A stretch of 62,113 bases of DNA, the filler included, from Choristocarpus tenellus KU-1152 (lineage: Eukaryota; Protista; Phaeophyceae): the NCBI GenBank assembly GCA_964200185.2. It is 13 parts of 13 records of this genome, joined end to end, with 100 filler letters (N's around TTAATTAATTAA, not from the genome) between each part and the next. Parts side by side here need not be neighbours in the genome. Positions count along the whole stretch, not along the records: positions 34,231 to 38,203 come from CAXNAD020016843.1; positions 38,304 to 42,749 come from CAXNAD020014511.1; positions 42,850 to 47,281 come from CAXNAD020014580.1; positions 47,382 to 50,131 come from CAXNAD020025060.1; 9 more parts are not named here. One strand, 5' to 3'. This document shows positions 37,781-48,383 of the stretch, one piece after another. Position 1 is the first letter of the stretch; each line of letters starts with the position of its first letter. The notes under the pieces are model-generated. The model made no database searches. It saw nothing but the letters and a program-made list of their open reading frames with translations, and had not been told where the DNA came from. A program made the position numbers and the translations under genes.

Positions 37781-39179
37781 TATCCTAACTATAACCCTGG
37801 CTCCTCACGGTAGTGATTAATCAAATAGTAAATAGATTTTAGAGAGTTATCTTTCATATTTACAACAACTATTACTTTTACAGGGATATTGAACTGACCT
37901 TTTCCCTCATACATCTGCAAAATGTCAGAGATCATAATATTATATTATTATTATGCCCTCTGACATTTTGCAGATGTGTCAGGGGGAAACCAATGAAAAC
38001 TATATACATATGTGCAATATTATATTAACTTGTACTGGGGATGAATACTTTATTTGGATGGGTTTACACTGTAGCACATAATCGACACCAAACGGTAACG
38101 TGTGAATTGACCTCTTCCCTCAAACACCCCTTTCCCTCGCACATCCTTTTCCCTCACACATCCGCAAAATGTATAGGTCATAATATATATTTTATTATTA
38201 TGCNNNNNNNNNNNNNNNNNNNNNNNNNNNNNNNNNNNNNNNNNNNNTTAATTAATTAANNNNNNNNNNNNNNNNNNNNNNNNNNNNNNNNNNNNNNNNN
38301 NNNAAAAACCCCGACATGAAAAATTTACCCCGAAGGGACAGCCCCCCCCCCCCCCCCCCCAGATACTTTGAACTCAATGCAACCTTGTGTTTTACTTTTC
38401 CATACGTCAAAATCGTTATATTACCTGATGGAGGTGGCAATATGATAGCCATAAGTGACCTTTATGAGCTACTACCTGCGCCCTGTTTGGTGTCATCTGT
38501 CACAACTGAGCTGTGCATAACCTTGCAGCATGGTCAAAGTTCCAAATGCATCAAGTGATGATGACAGACATGCAACAAACTGATGTATTCCCTACTTCCA
38601 GCGGGCACAAGATGGGCTTCATGATGGGGTCACCATAATAACCATAATATCATTCACTGAACGTTCTATTTGTTAGAACTCAAGCACTTTGCACTCCCAA
38701 ACCTCAGAAAAATGTGAACAGCCTTTGGCTGTTATTTTGGTGTTGTCGACTCGCTCTAATTGAGAGGTAGGCAGGTTTTGACTCTTTTACATTCCAAGTT
38801 ATATTTCTTACCCTGTGCAATAAGCTTTATTTCATTGCTTAAAGGTGCACAGCAGTGTACGCAAAATTATATTCCCCCCTCCAACACACAACGTGACACA
38901 CCACAATTCAGCAAAGCTCTTTCTCCAATTGTACAAAATGGCATATAATTTATCCTTTCTCGGGATCCTTAAAATGCAATCTTGTCTACCTCATAGTTGG
39001 TTTGACTCTGTCGTAACTTCCAAATACTATAAAATAACAGACTCTTCGACACATTAGTCTCAGGGGTCCTGGACCCGTGTGTGGGAAGGTACTCAACCAA
39101 CAACATGCATGCACTCATTGATGTTCTAGCAATGATGGAAGTTGCTAAAGTGATACAAGTCACGGAAAACTGGAGGGAA

Positions 39180-39430
39180 AAGTGAACAGATGTTTCTCAC
39201 CTTAGATCCTGTAGCTTAGCCCCAGTGATGATGAGGCTATCCTCCATAATTTCTGTTGGCTGTGTGGGACCAGGAAGATGTGCCTGGGTTTGGAAGGATA
39301 TAGCACTCAAATTGTTCCACAAGAAGAAGGATCAAACATATAGTGGTAACTGCAGGGTCACCTTATTGGTGGTACAAGCAAAAAAAATACTTAACATCAA
39401 AGTTGTTGCATGACTACTAGGAAACTACCT
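39180..39430 (+). pseudogene. RTE-clade LINE reverse transcriptase fragment
   Basis: WKDIALKLFHKKKDQTYSGNCRVTLLVVQAKKIL matches the RTE motif WKDA-x-IKVLHKKKDR-xx-CGNYRGISL...GK-x-L. Confidence 0.7.
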
Positions 39431-40539
39431 GCCTGGAACGGGGGAGAGCGTATACTCCATGAGGAACAGTGTGGTTTCCGACCCCAGACGCTCCACGGAG
39501 GATATGGTGTACATTTGTCCATGCCTCCATAGAGCTCGCCCTACAAAACATGCTACCTCTGTCCATACATGTAAGTAGCCTAGTTCAGAAAGTTTATATA
39601 TGACTCTATTGACCACATTCTCCTGTGGGTTGTGCTCGCCAATGTTGAGGTGCCCGAGGAGGTTGTCTCAGTCACCTACCAATCACACGATGAAGAGCAG
39701 GAATGTATCCGCAGGAATTATGGAAAGTATACAGGTACTGTTTTGAGGTCAGCCAGGCCTTCAATGACAATGTCTTCCCGCCCCAATCCTCTTTGGAATC
39801 TCCTTCACCGCAGAGAAAATCATGACAGTGCCGGAGTTCACCTCTGTCCCGACCATCTCCAAGGACCTTATTATCGTCAAAGTAGCTGCCAGAAACAACG
39901 ATGTGAAAAGAGGAGATACAGGGAGTGTAGTAAACCCTTGGCAACTCCTGTCAAGCGTGCTTTATACTTAGGATGTGGAAAATGTGTCTAGGACAGTAGG
40001 AAGTTTGGCTAGGATGGAGATACTGATTGTGAAATTTAATAGGTCATTCGGGCTGTGCGTGAAGGTGTCAAATGCGGAGATCATGTGCCTTTGACCTCCC
40101 AACAAGCCTGTAGTGATCTTGCACGTCTAGGCTTAAGACCAGATCATGTTATGCTCGAGTAGTAGAAGCTAACGGAGCCTAAGTAATAACAACAATAAAT
40201 GTCTAGTCAATACTGATTTTCTTATTGTATCTCTCTTCTCGAGTTTACTGGTTCACGCCCCTCTCTCTTTTGTGTTACTTGTGATGAGTAGTGTTTCGGG
40301 TTGGATGGGCTGTGTGTGACCCTACACCTCTTTTTTCTTCCCCTTTTCCCATAGGAGTGTATAACAGTTCTTACTGACGTCTTATAGCAAGTGTGGGTTG
40401 ATCTTGGGTTTCTCTTCGTTACTCTTCATAGGTATATTGAGAACTTATCTCCTTTTTTTTCTCCTTTTACTGTTTTCTTGTATTCTTCAAATTATATTTC
40501 TTCTACAGTTTTTGTTTTCTCACCCATTTTGTTATTCTA

Positions 40540-42237
40540 TTACCTCTGTGCCATAAGTTTATGCCGCGAAACATCTGGGCTCGCCGAGCGAAAACAGCGC
40601 CGAATCGGACGATAATCCCACAGAATGAAATCGGGTTGATAATATCAGCTTTCAGAAAAGGTGAGGGTCGAGGATCATCAGCTACAAACTCGAGGTTCTT
40701 CAAGCCGTCAAAGCAGGGGTCTCTTGGGGTGATTTTGAGACCAGAACTGGGCATGTCCAGGGTCAGAACGTTTGCATGGGAACCCCCCCGTCGACCCCCC
40801 GCGTAGGAAGGGTGCCTAAGTGTCCCTGAATACCAGAGTTGCGCTTGCAGTGCGGCATGCCCTCACGATGGTCCCTGGCGAGCATAAACTACTGCAACAC
40901 GCTGGACCGGCCCTTGCAGCAGAGTTTTGAGTGTTCGAGAGTTACATGCGAGGACTCTGGGAGGATGTCGCCGATCAGCTTGCTCGTGGCCACACGCTTG
41001 ACATTGGGGTGGCAGCACAGTAGTGGGCGGCTTTTGGAGCTCAAACCAACCAAGATGGTCGCAGCACATAGTATCAACTCCGAAAACTCGGTCATCCACA
41101 GTGCGTCAGGTAACAATGAAGATGGCCGCGAAGGGGCTGAATTATAGCAAGAGCACCATAGAGAGGTGGTTGGATGATGTGGGGGTCATGCCGAATCGGC
41201 GCTGGATCAAACCCAAGCTTAAATCGTAGCAAAAGGTATGGAGAATGGACTTTGTTTGCGATCAAGTGGCCTGGAAAGGTTGTGTGTACGCCTCCATGGC
41301 AAACACGATCCATGTGGGTGAAACCTGGTTTTACGTGATAAATGATGGGAAAAGGGTTAGGACATTTCCGCATGGGGATGATAGCGACCTTCCAAGGCCC
41401 CCTACTGTGCAGGACAAGAGTCATATCCACAAAACCATGATCATTGCAGTAGCCAACGCCCCCCCAGATTCAGCTCACAGCTTTGATGGAAAGCTTGATG
41501 TTTGGCGTGTGTGTGCGCCAAAAGCGGCGGACAGGACAAGCAAGAACCACAAAAAGGGGGATCTACATGAGCAGGACTGTACTATAGACCATTTGTGGTA
41601 CAGGAAATGGTACACGGAGGAGTTACTGCCTGCAATCAAGACCAAGATGCCTTGGTTGCAGGGTAAGTATGTTGTTGTTCAGCAAGACGGTGCCACCTCC
41701 CAGACGGGCAAGGACAACTCAGAAATCTTGTCAGGGCAGGGAAGACTGAGGGGTGGACGATTAGGCTTGTGACACAGCCATCTAACACCTCCGACCTCAA
41801 TATCATGGACCTGTGCTTCTTCAGGTTTTTGAAATGCCGGGTGATGGGGGAGCGGTTTGGGTTTGTCGAGGAGATAGTGAAGGTCATTAAAGAAATAGTA
41901 TGAGGAGTATGATGATACCACACTTGAGAGGGCTTGGCAGCTCCTTGTTGTGGTGTACAATCAAGTACTTAGATACAAAGGGGGGAATGACTTAAGTGTG
42001 GAGCTCACAGGGGTAAGGAACAGTCAGTTGACTGGTGAGCTTGAAAACATGCCAAAGGTAGACATGGAGTTTTTTTCTGTGTCTGATAAAATTGTGATAG
42101 ATGGGAAGTACTAATAATACAAAGAGCTGACCCTAACCAGAAATTGGTCAAGGATTCCAAATCTTTCTGAAATTAATATTATCAATATCTTCAAAGGTTA
42201 TGGACAACGCGGCACAGACTTAATGGAACGGAGGTAG
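40540..42237 (+). mobile_element. Full-length plant-type (DD39D-like) mariner, transposase disrupted
   Basis: TA|TTACCTCTGTGCCATAAGT...ACTTAATGGAACGGAGGTAG|TA. Motifs WIKPKL, IHVGETWFY, LLPAIKTKMPW, VQQDGA and QPSNTSDLNIMDLCFF. Confidence 0.9.
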
Positions 42238-43137
42238 TATATATTATCTACATATTAGCTTTAGGACTATCCCCACCCATGTTTAGAGGCATTGCACTGT
42301 ACTTCTTCTCGGACGAACTTTACCGTATCCAGCAGTTGACGGACTTCACACTGTAACTAACACATGCACAAGGTCTAGTTGTTTCCATTCCTGTTCTTAT
42401 TTCCACCACTCTGCGTTCAGCTATCCCACAGTTCATCACTTCGCCTCCTCCCTCGAATCTTGTGCAATTCCCCTATCACCGTTGATCAGCAATGAAACCT
42501 ATAACCTCGTCCTTGTTTCGGTGTTTTAATGGTATTATAGTAACAGGTAGAATAGAAACGGTGTACAATTGATAGTGCTTGCCACCTCGTTCTTAGTCCG
42601 TTGTTTTTATGATATTATGGCAATGGATAGTACAGTACAGTTGTACAATCTGTATACCTTGTCGCACGAGGACTCTGAATACAGTACCTACCCCGATTTT
42701 GTTCACCCATGGGTATGCCCTAAAAAAGCGGCACAAAATCTATATGGTANNNNNNNNNNNNNNNNNNNNNNNNNNNNNNNNNNNNNNNNNNNNTTAATTA
42801 ATTAANNNNNNNNNNNNNNNNNNNNNNNNNNNNNNNNNNNNNNNNNNNNCCCCCCCAGATACTTTGACCCTCACTGTCAAGCCTTTGCTGAAGCAAGATC
42901 CTGCAATATACTAACACTGCCTAATAAGTCAGAGGTCATAGATATTAAAAACAAAAAAGATTAGTTCATCTGTATGCTCAATGTACTGAAGTTACCCATG
43001 TGGGGCAGTGTATCTAGGAAGGTAAGGCGGCATTGGAGGAAAGAGACTTAAAAGGGAAAGGCATATATAATGCAGCATAAACTGAATTGGGCAAGCACGA
43101 TCTGTTTAACCAGGTTGACTCAAAGATACAGAGGATG

Positions 43138-44139
43138 CTATGTAGAAGCACACCTCTGGAATGTGCCCTCATTGGTACCCCATTCATATTCATAGCTCAG
43201 CCCCAGGGTCCTTGAGTAGTGGCGCCTGTGTACTCCAGAAAGTCGTGCGGGGTGTAACAGGCTTGTGAAGTGCGCAAACGTTCGTTTCCTTGTCACACCG
43301 GCCACTACAAATATATCCTTCATGAACCGCATATGTCGCCAGCTTAGCCATTGTGCCGAGCAGCCCCCCTCCCCCTGCAGCACTAGATCCAATGCTTCCT
43401 GGTCTGTGGCTACACCACTTGTCAGAAAAGCTTCTCTCCATAATTGCAGGCACAATTCTGATTTTCCCCGTTTGAGAGCCACAACACCTGAGTGCGCCTC
43501 GTCACACTTTGTGCAAAACGGGACCGTATGTCCGGCCGCATCATGGAAGATCGCAATGCTACTGGCTGATCCCCCCTTCCCTCGCTCCTTCTCCCAAGTT
43601 CTGTTCAACGATGACCAAAATATTTCCAGCGAGCGTTGTGTGATCACGTCACAGTCAACATACAGCACATTTCTCACCTCCTGAGGTAGCAGATCGAGAA
43701 GATGTGTCTTACTCAACTTGGCCTGTGTAATCGTTCCTTCTCCTTCGGTAGACGTATTTGCAAGTACGAGAGTGAGAGGCCTGGTTAAGCGTTCGGGCAA
43801 GCATTCAATTAATTGCTTCCCTACATCATCCACCACCACGTGCACAGAACCCTCCCACCTGCCCACATCCCTGAGAGACTGCAAGGCATAGAGTAGCGAG
43901 TATGACGCGGCTGCTCGGCCCATCGCAACGAAAACCACCGTATCCGCCCAGGGTTTGGTTTCGCCGCGAAGTTTGCCGTCGAGAGGAGGACAGAGAATGT
44001 ACATCAACATCGCGAAAGATATCACCAGTGCCACCCCATTTCGGGATATGGATGGTCGCGAAAGAAAGCGCACGATGGTATTTCCACGATATTTTCCTCC
44101 TTTCGACTGGGATCCTCTATCCATACTTCCGTCACGCAT
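43138..44139 (-). CDS. Type II membrane GT-A fold glycosyltransferase (GT8/GT77-like), intronless CDS
   Basis: Uninterrupted 333-aa ORF from ATG 44139. N-terminal TM segment VALVISFAMLMYIL, then KLSKT..VLYVDCDV (DxD), HSGVV, TDQEAL and FAHFT. Confidence 0.85.
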   Translation of the reverse strand: MRDGSMDRGSQSKGGKYRGNTIVRFLSRPSISRNGVALVISFAMLMYILCPPLDGKLRGETKPWADTVVFVAMGRAAASYSLLYALQSLRDVGRWEGSVHVVVDDVGKQLIECLPERLTRPLTLVLANTSTEGEGTITQAKLSKTHLLDLLPQEVRNVLYVDCDVITQRSLEIFWSSLNRTWEKERGKGGSASSIAIFHDAAGHTVPFCTKCDEAHSGVVALKRGKSELCLQLWREAFLTSGVATDQEALDLVLQGEGGCSAQWLSWRHMRFMKDIFVVAGVTRKRTFAHFTSLLHPARLSGVHRRHYSRTLGLSYEYEWGTNEGTFQRCAST

Positions 44140-44936
44140 GATATTCAAGCTTCTGAGCTCGTGATGTGTGCAATTCAGTGTGAACTGAAGAAAAATGAGG
44201 AGAAAAAGTCTCAGTGCATTGACTGTACACAACACTGTTGGAGTCAATCAGGAAGGCCTAGGTTGAGGAAGAGAGATGAAAGGAAGCCAAAGGAGGGTGG
44301 ATAAGATTCGTGACATGTAATGGAGCAGAAGATTCAGCAGTGAACAAAGATTCCCTACAACCAAGCACAAGTCTATGGGCAGGTTCAACTTGGGAAGGGA
44401 ACCTCTATCTCTCATTATTCTGACTCGTCGTCACCATGACCTCTCCTTACCTGAGCTTCGTTGCCAGCAAGATAGCTTCCTGAAATTGGATGATGACACC
44501 AATCATTGTACGTGATCCGTTCCAAAACCTTACAAATCTTCGCTCTTACACTTCATCACCCAACCCTCTCATATCTCAATCCTTATATTAACATTCTGTT
44601 TTCAAACCCCAAAGTGTTAAATTCCAATAGTAGTACTGATAACAACTTCCTCTTCAATCTGAATCAACAACCAATCAGAGTGGGTCAATTTTTTTGTCAA
44701 TAGAATATCAGACTTGCGCGCGGTCTCATTGTCCTCAGAATAATGCTCAGAAAAAACTCAGTGAAAACTATTAATACCAAGAGAGACAGGTTCTAGTTAG
44801 TCAACAAGAAACAGGGTCTAGGAAATCGGGTCGAGAGGGGTTCGCCAGGTTGTGCCGATCAGGAGTGGGGAAAGCTCGATAACCACAGGTCTTCGCCGCA
44901 TGGTTGTGCGGGGGAAGGGTTGGGGAGAGATTCCAA

Positions 44937-47077
44937 ATGGGCAACTCGAGCTCCCTTTCTCTTCATGCTGAGAAGTATGGGCCCAATGGCATAATTAGCG
45001 AGGGGAAGAGCAAGGCTGAGCGTTGGGCCACCTCGAAACGGTTCGTGAGCCTGGTTCAGGTGCGTGATTTTGCTCTTCGTTTCCGCTGCTCATATTTTTC
45101 ACCCTTTCCTTATGTATTGCCCGATCCTGTATCATGGTTTGGGGGGGAGATATAGTGCTTGTAGAGTATTGCTAGCCTAACCTATGAAGTAGGCCTGTGG
45201 CAGACCAGATGAAGTTATTGAACATGTTCTGTCTATGGAGCCTGGATGTTCTATACTCTCGTGGGCTTACATTAAACATCATTGATAGTAGTTCTTGTTG
45301 CTTCATTAGTTCACTCACCCTTTCATTGCCAATGAAGTCTCTGCCGCCCAGCAGGTGGCACGTGGTTATCAGTGGTATGTAATGACCTGTTGGATCTTGT
45401 TCGACTCTCCACATGATCTCGCAGCTTTTACCTTGCAGTGTGGTTGGTAATGCTCGTTTTCATGCTCTGATTGTGTAACTACAATGGTGTCTACCATTTC
45501 GTTACTGACTTCAACACTACCGACCTGCTCTTCACAATCACCACGCTGCTTTACGTTTACCATTACGTGGACAGTACCCCCCTCGGCCCAGTACCTTGCT
45601 TGGAAGAATACCACACCGCTTGTGTTTGATCTTGTCCTACTCGATTCCTCCCTCCATTCCATTAATAGACCTGGAACAGAAATCTAATCCTCAATTGCCG
45701 GCCTACACAGGTTCTATTCCCAGATGTAAGCCTCGAGACCGTTCTGCTCCTGCCAAGGGCGCCCTTCCTGAGCCACAAGCGCATACCCTCTTTCAAGGAG
45801 GTTGAGGTTGGTAGCGTAAACCTTGTTTTTTTCTGTTTCCCCCACCATTAGTATTTTCAGACGCATCCTAACTCCACCCTCTTTCCACCATTCATTGTGT
45901 GCATGGGATGTTTGGGCAATATCTGATTAAGAGCGATATTGCAAGGTGGATGTACGAGCATCAGTGTGAGGGAGTGTATATCAAGCACATACTATCTAAG
46001 ACTGATACCATCACACGCAAGCAGCATTATCTTGGACATTGTTCTCTTCTCTTTCAGAGCTCAGACTCCTTCGCTATTGCTAAGCGGTCAGCGTTGCACT
46101 GTTGCCTCTTGGTATCTGAACACACATTCACACACATACACGCACGCACACACACCTACTGTATTGAAATTTGCAACCAGAACACGTGGGTGAGCTTACT
46201 TGGCTAGTGATTCACCGATCTAGTGGATGCAACAACATTTTCCAGATAGAGACTGTGGTCAATGTTGGAAAATCTAAGGACCTCCCTCCTCACATGCACA
46301 ACCTGCCATGCTTTCCCATGCATTGTAACCAAATTGGCAACTAATGATGTACAGCATTGTACACAACATTGAGGAGTCTTGCCCTATGATAATGTATAAT
46401 AGTGTACACAACATTGAGGAGTCTTGCCCTATAATAATGTATAATAGTGTACACAACATTGAGGAGTCTTGCCCTGTAATAATGTACAACAGTGTACACA
46501 ACATTGAGTAGTCTTGCCCTATAATAATGTACAACAGTGTACACAACATTGAGGAGTCTTGCCTGAATGTCATTACTTGGACTTCATTGGTCTGATATGA
46601 TAGGTTCACCTTCGTCCAGCAGCTGAGCTCATGGGAAGACCATATTCAGGACGTTCTGTATACTTGTCTTGCTTGCCCGAGGACGGCTCAGGGACCAGTG
46701 GTGCTCCGGGTGCAATTGGTATGGGGGAGGGCTCTGGAGCAGCTTCGGTGGCTGCTGCAGAGGAGGCGGAGGCAGCCGCAGAGCGCTACAGAACAGCTTA
46801 TGACTTTCTCACAGAACATCCGGAGTTCCATTTCATTTGGGTGGCGTCCTCTTGCATGCCTCCACGATTGAGGAACGAGAGTTGGAGGGGTGCGGTGCCT
46901 GGGGTCGGGGGTGTGAACGTGTTCCAACACCTGCATCCGGTGGCGATCCTTGCATGTGATGCTGTTCTAGCGGCTCCACCGGAGAGGGAGGGTCTGGGAT
47001 GGCTGTCTGGGGCTGGGGAGCGCTACACAGATCTAGAGACGTACAGGTCTGTTGAATGGAGAGGCGTTTGTGGGGAG
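44937..47077 (+). CDS. Multi-exon gene, N-myristoylation motif plus degenerate HET/TIR-like domain; partial
   Basis: Exons 44937-45059 (MGNSSS..SLVQ|gt), 45711-45806 (VLFPDV..PFLSHKRIPSFKEVE|gt) and ~46620-47077 (RSVYLS..YRTAYDFL..FIWVASSCMP..AILACDAVL..TDLETYRSVEW). Exon phase implies an unidentified exon in between. Confidence 0.6.
46342..46564. repeat. 45-bp intronic minisatellite, ~5 copies
   Basis: Unit TGTACACAACATTGAGGAGTCTTGCCCTATAATAATGTAYAAYAG, head-to-tail with no spacers. Confidence 0.93.
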
Positions 47078-47634
47078 GTTAGGGAGTCTCTTGGCATTTT
47101 TATTTTTTTGCTTTGCTGCGTTGCCGTTGTTCTTGTTGTGCCATGGTAGCCCTAGCAGTGAGTGTTGTGCGTTGTGCACCTTGGAGTTGTTGGGCTGATT
47201 CTTACGTCGGGTTGCCTCCCATTCGTTTCGGGGGGGGGGGGGGGGGGGGGGGGGGGGGCGGGGGGCGTGGGGGGGGTTGGGNNNNNNNNNNNNNNNNNNN
47301 NNNNNNNNNNNNNNNNNNNNNNNNNTTAATTAATTAANNNNNNNNNNNNNNNNNNNNNNNNNNNNNNNNNNNNNNNNNNNNCGTTTTCAAACCGTGGCTT
47401 TTGTGGGCCTGCAGTCCCAATTTCCACCCCCCCGGTGCCCTGCCCCCCCCCCCCCCCCCCCCAACTCACACACTTTAGTTCCCTCAACTATTTGCAGAGA
47501 ATTCGCAGAAAAATGTGTCCAAGCTTCTGCCCTTAGCCTTCCCCCTTTGATCAATGCCTGATTGATGTGCATGTGAGTTGAACTTGTCCCCACTATCCCT
47601 AACCCTAACCCTAGCCCTAACCCTCTCTTGTCAG

Positions 47635-48383
47635 TGCTCGCTACGGTGCAGCAGAACTTCATAACATTGCAGCTGTGGTTGGGGGCATTGCAAGTCAGGA
47701 GGCTGTCAAGGTGGGAAGTGGTTCGAGCGTAGGGATAGGTGTGGGTTAGAGGGTTTCATAAAAAAGGGTCAGGCATGTAGGGATCGTGAAAGATCTTGTG
47801 GGGTGTAGTCTTGGGCTGCTTGACGCTTCCGGGTGTATCCTGCTGCTACTGAGGGCTGAGATTATGTTTGAGCGTATTTATGGATATTCTTGTGTTGGAG
47901 GGTGTGCTTCCTTGACCGAAACACTGGGGTTGCTGCTTGAATGAGGGTCACACCATGTGCTGTCTGGTGTGAAGCATATTCCACCTAGGAATCAAAATGA
48001 AAGGGGAGCTATGGATTCGTGATGAGAGCATGCTTAATTGGACATGAAATTTCTCCCAGCTGGTGTCAGTGAGAGTGAAGCGGAACCTCTCGAAGGTGGA
48101 CTATTGGTGTTCTCCTTTAGGACTTGGTTCGTTTTTGAAGTGTGAGGAAAAAAAATGTGTACCTTTCGTATCATTTTTTTCCTCCAAAACCACTGGACCT
48201 AACTTGTGCCACACCCCTTTACTGAACTGTGTAACTTCCTCTCTCCGCCACTGTGCTTGGCACCTTGCTCTGGTGTGGTTTCCTACTTGGCTTTGACAGG
48301 CCATCACAAGACAATATACACCTGTGAACAACACGGTTATTTTTAACGGGCTGGCATCGGTAATTGGCCGGTATGAGCTGTGA
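47635..48383 (+). CDS. NAE1: NEDD8-activating enzyme E1 regulatory subunit, last two exons
   Basis: Exon 47635-47710 (ARYGAAELHNIAAVVGGIASQEAVK) and exon 48300-48383 (AITRQYTPVNNTVIFNGLASVIGRYEL*) have canonical splice sites. This is the conserved APPBP1/ULA1/AXR1 C-terminus; the ORF track misses it. Confidence 0.92.

Noticed and set aside
26193-42237. Fanzor/TnpB-type nuclease cargo in the mariner elements
   Set aside because: No RuvC or zinc-ribbon motifs seen; element lengths are accounted for by the transposase alone.
46342-46564. CRISPR-like regular repeat
   Set aside because: Head-to-tail 45-bp units with no unique spacers, no cas genes, and an intronic eukaryotic context. The same lack of spacers applies to the 19-bp and 11-bp arrays.
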